From a bacterium (GTDB lineage Bacteria; Bacteroidota; Ignavibacteria; UBA10030), in contig JAZDJN010000010.1 of assembly GCA_043803945.1 (NCBI GenBank), positions 20,823-84,822 on the forward strand: a DNA stretch of 64,000 nt, read 5' to 3'. A program made the translations under genes and the position numbers. This document shows, one piece after another, positions 45,257 to 53,326 of the stretch; position 1 is the first letter of the stretch, and every line of letters starts with the position of its first letter. Under the pieces are notes generated by a model that saw only the letters and a program-made list of their open reading frames with translations, was not told where the DNA came from and searched no databases.

Positions 45257-47245
45257 TTACTCCAAATGAAGTTCCGATTTAATGAATCGTTCAAATTGAT
45301 CGGGCGAGACTGGTTTAACAAGTACATCCACTGCACCACTGAGCATAAGCGCCTCCCGGCTCGAAGCAGAATCCTCCCCCGTGACGACAAGAACAGGAAT
45401 ATCCTTTGTTGCCTGCTCCTGCTTCAATCGTGTTAGAAAATCAAATCCGTTGACTTCAGGCATCGCATAATCAGTAATAATCAGTTTAGGCCGGTACTTC
45501 AACGCATAGAGAAATCCTTCCTTGCCATTATTCGCGTGAATCAGTGTAGCGTTTGGAAAAAGTCTGGAAATGTATTTACTATGAAGCACTCGGATACCAG
45601 GCTCATCATCAATAACCAATATTTTTAATTCTCCCTCGCCGACACTTTTTTGAAACCATAGAGCAAATTCGGTTCCTTTACCAACTTCACTCGCAACAAT
45701 GATCGATCCATGGTGTTTCTTGACAATCTCATGCACAACTGATAAACCAAGCCCGGTACCCTCTTCACCGGCAAGCCCGCGCCGGGTATATTTTTCCTCA
45801 ACTTTATAAAGTTTACCCAGATCTGTTGCAGGGATACCGATACCCGAATCTTTAATCGTCACAACCCACGTTGCTTCATCTTCCCCGGTGTATTCAACCT
45901 GAATGACCCCCTGTGCCGGTGTAAACTTCAACGCATTCCCGATGAGGTTATTGAATACCTGTAGAAGAAGCGCACGATCTCCCTTAATACACATTCTCGG
46001 TTTTAGGCTAGAATAAAGGAGAATATTTTTCTGTTTGGCAATTCCTAAGAGCGATGAGATGCTCGACTTCACCACATCATAGAGATCAACCTCGGTCATT
46101 TCTACTCGCATTCGCCCGGATTCCAGTCGGGTCCAATCGAGCAGTTTCGATACCAGTCCCAGTTGTTGTTGAGTCGATTCTTTAATATAGCCAAGGTATT
46201 CCGTAATCTCTGCCTCAGTGAGAGTCTTCCGATCCTCTGTCAATATCTCACAGAATCCCATAATGCTCGCAAGCGGAGATCTCAGGTCGTGAGATAAGAT
46301 TGAGACAAATTTATCTTTTTGTTTATTGATGGCATCTAATGCTTCGCGTGATGCTTTGAGTGCTTTCACATGCTCATGTAAACGTTCTTCGAGCGCCTTC
46401 CGGATAGTGATATCCTCGAGCATCCCTTCAAAATACAACATGGTCCCCTTTTCGTCACGAATGGCTCGAGAATGCTCGAGAACAACAATTTCCTGACCAT
46501 TCTTTTTCTTGAGCCTTTGCTCATAATTTGTGCATTGTCCCTTTTCAGTTAATTCTCTCACAAGATCTTTTCGATCTTCCGGGTGAACATAGATATCGGC
46601 AAGATTGATGGCTGCCAGTTCCTCGAAGGAAGAATATCCCAGCATCGTGAGAAGAGATCGGTTCGCCATAATTAAGTACCCTTCCGGTGTACTCTGAAAC
46701 ATTCCCTGTAAGGCTTGTTCAAACATATTCTGATATTTTTTTGTCGCCTCGGCGATAATCGCACCGACCTGTTTTGTGTGGGTTCGATTGTGAGCGGAGA
46801 CAAGAAAACCCTCAATCCTTTCAGAACGAATCACCGGGGTTAATATCACTTCGGCTCGTTGTGCAGGCCGCTCGTATCCTTTGATCGCCACCTCCATCGT
46901 AACCGATGACCTCGTCAGAACACTTCGCTTTACCATCGCGGTTACGTGTTGGCGATCCTCAGCAGAAACAAAAAACAAATACTCCTTTCCGCTCGCTTGT
47001 TCAGAACTCAAACCCATAGCCTTTTCAAACGAAGGATTTACCATGCAAAGTAATCCATTCCTCGAAAAGAGCAGTTGCATCACCGGCGAAGAGGTGAACA
47101 GGTGTTCGTACAGCATTTTTGATTCCTCAGGTTGACTAAACTGGTTCATCATCGGCCAAGGTGATGTGGTCGATTTTAACAATCCAGTTTGTGTTGAGGC
47201 TTCAAAAGAATGATGAGTATCTGCATTCGGAGTGATGGCTGCCAT
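45257..47245 (-). CDS. Hybrid sensor kinase 2xPAS-HisKA-HATPase-REC
   Basis: LSHDLRSPL; NLIGNALKFT; DSGIGI; GTGLGL; REC VIDDE...TDYAMPEVNG...KP. Confidence 0.95.
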   Translation of the reverse strand: MAAITPNADTHHSFEASTQTGLLKSTTSPWPMMNQFSQPEESKMLYEHLFTSSPVMQLLFSRNGLLCMVNPSFEKAMGLSSEQASGKEYLFFVSAEDRQHVTAMVKRSVLTRSSVTMEVAIKGYERPAQRAEVILTPVIRSERIEGFLVSAHNRTHTKQVGAIIAEATKKYQNMFEQALQGMFQSTPEGYLIMANRSLLTMLGYSSFEELAAINLADIYVHPEDRKDLVRELTEKGQCTNYEQRLKKKNGQEIVVLEHSRAIRDEKGTMLYFEGMLEDITIRKALEERLHEHVKALKASREALDAINKQKDKFVSILSHDLRSPLASIMGFCEILTEDRKTLTEAEITEYLGYIKESTQQQLGLVSKLLDWTRLESGRMRVEMTEVDLYDVVKSSISSLLGIAKQKNILLYSSLKPRMCIKGDRALLLQVFNNLIGNALKFTPAQGVIQVEYTGEDEATWVVTIKDSGIGIPATDLGKLYKVEEKYTRRGLAGEEGTGLGLSVVHEIVKKHHGSIIVASEVGKGTEFALWFQKSVGEGELKILVIDDEPGIRVLHSKYISRLFPNATLIHANNGKEGFLYALKYRPKLIITDYAMPEVNGFDFLTRLKQEQATKDIPVLVVTGEDSASSREALMLSGAVDVLVKPVSPDQFERFIKSELHLE

Positions 47246-47301
47246 AATGTATCCCCTTAGTGTATAATGAAAATAATTCTCTGTGGCATTGATTCTTACC
47301 G

Positions 47302-49734
47302 TTACTTTACGTGAATGAGTCGTTGTATTAGCACGCGCTGGCCATACTGTAATCGTGCGAAATATATTCCACTCGCCATGTTCTTTGCATCCCAGACTTT
47401 ACTGTAATTCCCTGCCGGTTTTTGCTCGTCCACAAAGGTGTCCACTTCTCTTCCAATGGAATCGTAGATCTTGAGAACAACACGCCCGGCAGCGGGAAGA
47501 TGATATCGAATGGTTGTGCTGCTGTTGAAAGGATTTGGATAGTTTTGATCGAGAACCAGCGAGTCTGGAATTATAAATTGCTGTTCAACCGGGGTTGTAG
47601 CCTGGGGAACGGTGAGAAGACCGTACTCGCGTGTTCGGTCTGAAGAATCACGTTCTCGAATGATATATTCAATTCTCGAAGACGAAGGTGAAAAATTATC
47701 TGTAAATCGAGTGAGTGAATCGGTCGAGATTATTGAGGACACCATGGGAGAAAACACTCCCAATCGTCTGACAATGGAGGAGCCCGCATCCTTTGCCAGT
47801 ATTTCCACAGCAGCAAGCGAATATGAATTACGCTTTTTCCATTGAATTTCATTTTTTGAACTCGTCAATGCAGAGATTGATGCCGATAAATAGGAGGGCG
47901 AGAAATAAGCAGAACCGGTAAGAGAACGCAGGAACGTGAGTCCATCAGCCGACGGCCGCGTCCCAACCCCCGATTGGATAAGGCGTGTTTTCAAATCAGC
48001 ACTGTGTGCCTGCGGTTGAAGCTGAAATGCAAGAGCAAGAAGCCCTGTGATTTGTGGCGCCGCGAAACTTGTGCCGAACCGGAGGATGTAACCATTGTAC
48101 TCAGCATTCGGCGAAGGGGTCAATACGCCGCCACCCGCCGCTAAAATTTCTGGTTTCTGCCGCTCATCGAGAGTTGGTCCTTCACTACTAAATGAACTGA
48201 CCTGGCCTAGTTGAAGAGACGCATCGATGGAGCCGACGGTAATGGCTTCCTTCGCATTCCCTGGGGAACTGACGAGATATCGGCGTGTTACCTGGCTGTT
48301 TTTATCATCAAACCAGGCAGTTCCCCCGCGTAAATTTGAGTCCACCAGCCAGAGATGAAAACGGCCTGATTCACGCGATCGGAGATTCTTCACGATGATA
48401 TTCCATCGGCCGGGCTGAATCTTTGATTGCCCCATGCTTGCCAACTGAATGGAAGCGAGATACAATCGAGTCAGCGGCGATATTCCACGGGAAGCATTAT
48501 CGATAAAACCCACACCATCGGACGTTTGGCTGAATCCATAATTTCCACGCGTCACTGCCTGAATTCTTTTTCCCGACGGTGTAACAATACTAATTTGCAC
48601 ACTGTCATCAGGTGAATACCAGGTTTCTATTCCAACCGATGAGCTTGATTGATCGAAGGATCCGATGCTCGACGGGATATCCATACCGATGGAAATTGAA
48701 TCCCCCTGGTAATGCAAAACACCCTCAGCGTGAATTGGATTTTCCCTATCATTCCCCGCGGCAACAACGACCGCAACTCCCGGACTTGCCGCAATTGCAT
48801 CTATGGCCAGCTCATACAGCCTCGATCCATTATGAGCACCGTACCGGCTGCCAAGGCTCAGATTAATAACGAGTGGCTTTCGCAGGGAATCGGCTATTCT
48901 TTTTGCATAGAGCATCCCATCAATTATTCTCGCTTCGCTGAAGCAATCATCCCCTCCTTTGATAATGATCAAATCAGACTTTGGTGCAATTCCACACAAC
49001 TCACCTTTCGATAGCAAACCATTTCCCGCTGCAATCCCTGCTACCGCTGTTCCATGGCCAGTGAAATCACGCTCACGAACATAGCTGGTTCTCTCTTGTT
49101 TTAGTTCACTGACAATGTCGTTTCGTGAGTACTGAACCCCATAAGAGTATCCACCGGGGGTATGATGTGTTACATCTGGCTGATCTGTTTGGTCCCACAG
49201 AAACAATATGCGACTCTGAGTGACAGCATTATTTGCCGAGAAATCTGGATGTCTCCAATCGATTCCTGAATCATAGATCGCAATGAGTACGCCTTCACCG
49301 GTAATCGGTTGGTTTTTAAGTATACCCAGATGTGCATCTTTTACATTTGTCAAATAGGTATTGGGTAATTCACTTGGGCGCTCGACGTGCGATTCTTGGA
49401 CATAAGTCACATCTTCACATTGAAGAAGAGTTTTGAGCTCTTCGAGTGTCGCTTCGATAGTGGCGATGGAATGAATTCTCGATCGAACCCGGAATCCTTG
49501 TTTGATCAACTCATCGATCTTCTCGGACTGCAGAATGAGTTCCAGCGTATCGTTGGAATTGATTGCACTTCGCTTTGCCAGCGATGTTTCGAACAATGTT
49601 TGATAGCGCATGCGAAGTGTGGGCGATAATTTATGTTCATCCTGTGCATAAACGGCTGACGTGAACGAGAGCGCCAGAATTGAAGCGAAGTAAATGCAGT
49701 AGATTCGAAAGGTGGATGACATTGAATTTCTCAT
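47302..49734 (-). CDS. Secreted S8 (subtilisin/CspA-like) serine peptidase with T9SS type A C-terminal domain
   Basis: Triad YDSGID / GHGTAVAG / GTSFAAP; AAGN; CTD LDQNYPNPFNSSTTIRY...ASGIYF; signal peptide ending SAVYA-Q; start 49734 or 49722. Confidence 0.92.
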   Translation of the reverse strand: MRNSMSSTFRIYCIYFASILALSFTSAVYAQDEHKLSPTLRMRYQTLFETSLAKRSAINSNDTLELILQSEKIDELIKQGFRVRSRIHSIATIEATLEELKTLLQCEDVTYVQESHVERPSELPNTYLTNVKDAHLGILKNQPITGEGVLIAIYDSGIDWRHPDFSANNAVTQSRILFLWDQTDQPDVTHHTPGGYSYGVQYSRNDIVSELKQERTSYVRERDFTGHGTAVAGIAAGNGLLSKGELCGIAPKSDLIIIKGGDDCFSEARIIDGMLYAKRIADSLRKPLVINLSLGSRYGAHNGSRLYELAIDAIAASPGVAVVVAAGNDRENPIHAEGVLHYQGDSISIGMDIPSSIGSFDQSSSSVGIETWYSPDDSVQISIVTPSGKRIQAVTRGNYGFSQTSDGVGFIDNASRGISPLTRLYLASIQLASMGQSKIQPGRWNIIVKNLRSRESGRFHLWLVDSNLRGGTAWFDDKNSQVTRRYLVSSPGNAKEAITVGSIDASLQLGQVSSFSSEGPTLDERQKPEILAAGGGVLTPSPNAEYNGYILRFGTSFAAPQITGLLALAFQLQPQAHSADLKTRLIQSGVGTRPSADGLTFLRSLTGSAYFSPSYLSASISALTSSKNEIQWKKRNSYSLAAVEILAKDAGSSIVRRLGVFSPMVSSIISTDSLTRFTDNFSPSSSRIEYIIRERDSSDRTREYGLLTVPQATTPVEQQFIIPDSLVLDQNYPNPFNSSTTIRYHLPAAGRVVLKIYDSIGREVDTFVDEQKPAGNYSKVWDAKNMASGIYFARLQYGQRVLIQRLIHVK

Positions 49735-49747
49735 GATGACTGAATTT

Positions 49748-49765
49748 CTACAAGTGGTATGCCAG
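49748..49765 (-). promoter_or_regulatory. Putative sigma54 promoter
   Basis: CTGGCAT-ACCAC-TTGTAG; upstream site TGTAGATTCTATA at 49837-49849. Confidence 0.6.
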
Positions 49766-49882
49766 CGGGATATTCCATTTAGCATTGATTTATGCGGAAA
49801 TACAGAAGGACAATTCGAGGCCAGACGATGCGCGATTGTAGATTCTATAAATTCAGATCCAGCATTCTCTGATACTTGCTCT

Positions 49883-50062
49883 GCCACAAAGACACTAAGG
49901 CGCCAAGGAATCTGGTCGAAAAGTGACTTTGCCACTGAGTCACAGAGAGCACAGAGATAGTCTTTTTGAAATATTGAGGATAGAACCAACATTTATCAAT
50001 CTCTGTGACCTCCCCGCCTGCCGCTATAGTATCTAAACTGGCGGGCAGGTGTGTCTCCGTGG
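49883..50062. repeat. CACAGAG/CACAAAG-type short repeats with a 37-nt palindromic micro-insertion (50013-50049)
   Basis: GCCACAAAGACACTAAG, GCCACTGAGTCACAGAGAGCACAGAG, and inverted CTCTGTGACCTC^TGTGTCTCCGTGG split by CCCGCC...GGCGGGCAGG. Confidence 0.75.
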
Positions 50063-50085
50063 CGGACTTTTCGACCGGATTACCC

Positions 50086-50120
50086 AAAAAAAAGCGCCGA
50101 AGAATATTTTCTTCGACGCT
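50086..50120 (-). terminator. Intrinsic terminator after the 50148 gene
   Basis: Minus strand AGCGTCGAAGAA-AATA-TTCTTCGGCGCT-TTTTTTT. Confidence 0.85.
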
Positions 50121-50147
50121 CCGTTCTTCCTCTACTGCACCGTGCAG

Positions 50148-50915
50148 CTATTTTAGCAAGATCATTCTACGGGCTGTCATAGATGATGCGGTCTGCACCC
50201 TGATAATATACATTCCTGAAGGCAGGGCCGATCCAGACCGATCCATTGCATTCCATGCCAATGTATGCTCCCCAGTTAGTTGGTTTCCCTCATAGAGGCG
50301 GTCGATTACTCTTCCAGCCACATCATAGATTGCTATAGAGACATACTCTGGCTTCAACAGTCGGTAAGAAATCGTGGTAGAAAGGTTGAAGGGATTGGGA
50401 TAGTTTTGAGCTAACTGAATTGTATTCTTAAGATTAGCGAGAATGAAATCATTATAGGGGTAATAGGGAGCCGCTGTTATCGGCAGCATCTTCACCTGAT
50501 CGACTAACTCCAATCTGCTGATGAAGATCACGGAGGAATCCGATATTTCACGTTCTGCAAATTTTAACGTCACGCTGCCGATTTCCCGATTCCCTGCTGG
50601 TAAATTATTATAGACCGGGGTTAGAAAGAGAAAGTTCAACGTCGTATCATCTTTAAGATAGTGATGAACCTCAACTCCAGAACTGCTAAATTGAGAGGCA
50701 ACTTGCATTTCCGAGAACCGAACCCCGTTACGCGCATTCAGATAAACAAGTGCTCCGCCGACCGGGTCACTGTGTTGCAGCACGATGGTAATTGTATTCG
50801 GTTCTTTCCCTTTTTTTATCAGAATTGTATTTTCCGAATGGAGTGTAACAGGAATTATTATGAACATTGAGGTAACTATAATCCAAACGACCTTACTTAT
50901 ATTTCGATAACACAT
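50148..50915 (-). CDS. Secreted protein with T9SS type A/FlgD-Ig C-terminal domain
   Basis: Start likely ATG 50915 (AGGAG RBS); signal peptide; LAQNYPNPFNLSTTISY...WNAMDRSGSALPSGMY. Confidence 0.88.
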   Translation of the reverse strand: MCYRNISKVVWIIVTSMFIIIPVTLHSENTILIKKGKEPNTITIVLQHSDPVGGALVYLNARNGVRFSEMQVASQFSSSGVEVHHYLKDDTTLNFLFLTPVYNNLPAGNREIGSVTLKFAEREISDSSVIFISRLELVDQVKMLPITAAPYYPYNDFILANLKNTIQLAQNYPNPFNLSTTISYRLLKPEYVSIAIYDVAGRVIDRLYEGNQLTGEHTLAWNAMDRSGSALPSGMYIIRVQTASSMTARRMILLK

Positions 50916-50951
50916 TGACGTTCTCCTGAGATCATATCGACACGAGCTATA

Positions 50952-50969
50952 CTCCAACGATTGTGCCAG
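50952..50969 (-). promoter_or_regulatory. Putative sigma54 promoter
   Basis: CTGGCAC-AATCG-TTGGAG; weaker upstream site TTACAAATCTACA at 51067-51079. Confidence 0.55.
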
Positions 50970-51162
50970 TGCTATCTCAGAAGAGTCTGGGTATAATCAC
51001 ATCATAATATCTAAGAAACTGGAAGGAAATATTGGTCCACCGCAATGAGTATGCAGAGTTATTTTATTACAAATCTACAAATCGTGAAAGGAAACCTTCG
51101 CGGCATGCTTTTATTGGTTACACGAAGGTACACGAAGGAAAGAAGTCTCACATTTGGAAGGC

Positions 51163-51487
51163 AGGTGACTGGCACCTTCCGATTGATTAGTTGCATTCAG
51201 AATTGCATCTAACCGTTCGCTAAAATAAGGATCTCTACGAAGCGAACGGTTAGCTCCATTGAGGCAGATGACCGTCACCTCGTCTAGGATTAGCCTCGTT
51301 CAGGTGACGGTCATCTCACAAGCTCGGTCGGGCGGGGTTGAGGGCACAGAAACACAGATGATCGGCACCAAATAGGGTCGGGAGCAGAACTCCCTCCCAG
51401 CTTGAATAGGCGATGGCCATCTCACAAATGGAAAGCGGATGACCGGCACCTCGTCTTGGATTAGCCGCGTTTAGGTGACGGTCATCT
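51163..51487. repeat. Cluster of AGGTGACNGTCAYCT REP-like inverted repeats
   Basis: Perfect 15-bp IR 51266-51280/51302-51316; near-identical 51-nt copy 51437-51487; degenerate half copies near 51163, 51356 and 51408; separate 13-bp IR 51209-51253. Confidence 0.85.
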
Positions 51488-52869
51488 CATTCCGGTTGGG
51501 TAATTTGGAATGCCTGTATTTTTGAGTAAAGAGTCTTAACACTGATCCCCAATATTTTTGCTGCCAGTGGTTTATTCCAACGAACAGAATCTAACACTGC
51601 AGCAATATGGAGTTTTTGAATCTCATCTAATTTCAGCGTACCGCCAATCCGCGGCACCGTGTTCGATAGTTCTACCTTACCCTCAAACATCGATGGCATA
51701 CCAAACGGCAGCGCCAAATCTTCGGGCAGTATAACATTCCCTTCACAAAGAATCGACGCACGTTCGATGACATTTTCCAATTCTCGTATGTTCCCGGGCC
51801 AACTATACTTCAGCAATATTTCCAATGCCTTCTCATCGATACGTTTAGGTGTGGTTGTCTTATTTTTTGCAGTAATAAAATGTTCAATCAACTGTGGGAT
51901 GTCATTCCTGCGCTCTCGTAACGGAGGTAACTTCAGGGTAAAGACATTCAATCGGTAAAATAGGTCTTCACGAAATCGTCCTTCTTGAACCTCGCGATGG
52001 AGATCTCTATTCGTTGCCGACAGGATTCTGACATCGGATCGAAATATCCTGTTCCCTCCGACCCGGCGATATTCACCCGTTTGGAGAAACCGAAGCAATT
52101 TTGGCTGGAGCACTCTGGGAATCTCCGCTATCTCATCGAGAAAAACAGTACCTCCATTTGCCACCTCCATCAACCCCTGCTTTGATGTAACTGCATCGGT
52201 AAAGGCACCTTTCTCATGGCCAAAGAGTTCACTTTCAATAAGCGCATCGGGAAAGGAGGAACAATTCAGAGCAAGAAATGGGTGCTCTTTCCGCAGGCTG
52301 TTCGCATGAATAAAATTCGCAATCAGCTCTTTCCCTGTGCCACTCGATCCTTGTATTAGGACGCTGGAATCTGTTGGAGCCACGCGGGAGGCAACAGACA
52401 AGAGTTCTATTAATGTTTTATCCTGGCCGATAATCAACGCGTGCATCGCTTTCGCTGCCAGCTCATTCCGAAAGCCGATATTATGTGCGAGTAGCCTTTT
52501 TCGCTCCAGTGCACGATCAATCAGCGAAAGCAATTCGGCAGGTTGATAAGGTTTCGTCACATAATGGAATGCACCCATCTTCATACAATTGACCGCAATA
52601 CTCAGGTCATCTACTCCTGTTAACATAATGACCTGCAGCTCAGGGAATCGATCTTTGATAAATTTCAGAACTTCAATACCACTAATTTGCGGCATTTCGA
52701 TATCGAGCAATACCAGGTCGTAAGGCACTATCTGGAGTTCATTGATTGCGGTGAGTCCATCCTTGGAGGTGGCGACAAAATATCCTTCCAATTCCAGTAA
52801 ATTCTTCGCCGTTTCCAGAAACGCCGGTTCATCATCGACAATTAAAATGGATATAGGTACTTTTGGCAT
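51487..52869 (-). CDS. Sigma54-dependent response regulator (NtrC/AtoC family: REC-AAA+-Fis HTH)
   Basis: GSSGTGKE; ESELFGHEKGAFTDA; FLDEI; FREDLFYRLNV; WPGNIRELEN; AAKILGISVKTLYSKI. Confidence 0.97.
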   Translation of the reverse strand: MPKVPISILIVDDEPAFLETAKNLLELEGYFVATSKDGLTAINELQIVPYDLVLLDIEMPQISGIEVLKFIKDRFPELQVIMLTGVDDLSIAVNCMKMGAFHYVTKPYQPAELLSLIDRALERKRLLAHNIGFRNELAAKAMHALIIGQDKTLIELLSVASRVAPTDSSVLIQGSSGTGKELIANFIHANSLRKEHPFLALNCSSFPDALIESELFGHEKGAFTDAVTSKQGLMEVANGGTVFLDEIAEIPRVLQPKLLRFLQTGEYRRVGGNRIFRSDVRILSATNRDLHREVQEGRFREDLFYRLNVFTLKLPPLRERRNDIPQLIEHFITAKNKTTTPKRIDEKALEILLKYSWPGNIRELENVIERASILCEGNVILPEDLALPFGMPSMFEGKVELSNTVPRIGGTLKLDEIQKLHIAAVLDSVRWNKPLAAKILGISVKTLYSKIQAFQITQPE

Positions 52870-52924
52870 ACAACTTCTCTCCGAAATTATTTGTTATACG
52901 AAGATACACAAAAGGAAGAAAATA

Positions 52925-53310
52925 GCGTTTGCGTGAGACTGTTTATTGTTTCTCGCTCGCCACCTGAGAGTCTAATGAGGCGGGCAGGCAGAACACGCAA
53001 CGGACGCAAAGGAGTTGTTTTTACTCATCCCCCTCGCCTACGCTCCCGCTTCGGCGAGCAGGCATACCCCCTTCTCTAAAAAATAGAGAAGGGGGATTGA
53101 GGGGGTTGAGTAAGACAAACAGCTTTTTCAAAAAATAAAGATGTTACACGAAGAGCACTCCGCCATAGGCGGATCAGCCTTCCACCAAAAAGACGGCGGA
53201 CAGGTCGGCTGAGAAGAAGGCACGAAGAGAAATATACATCGTGGTTCTTCGTGGTGCAACTTCCCTGCCCGCCGGAATACGAAGTATGTAGGCGGGGTGT
53301 TCCTTCGTGA
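52925..53310. repeat. Compound repeat region: REP-like palindrome H3 (53021-53113) plus CGCAAA- and CACGAA-type repeats, with five micro-insertions
   Basis: Inserts at 52956-52988, 53033-53062, 53159-53212 (containing 53181-53204) and 53264-53296. Confidence 0.88.
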
Positions 53311-53326
53311 AATGTTTTTGATACTG

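Noticed and set aside
49735-49992. N-terminal 86 aa of the S8 peptidase ORF
   Set aside because: Runs through repeat DNA and the candidate promoter; the signal peptide begins only after 49734/49722
51163-51487. CRISPR or attC array
   Set aside because: Irregular spacing, identical loops rather than spacers, and no RYYYAAC/GTTRRRY pairs
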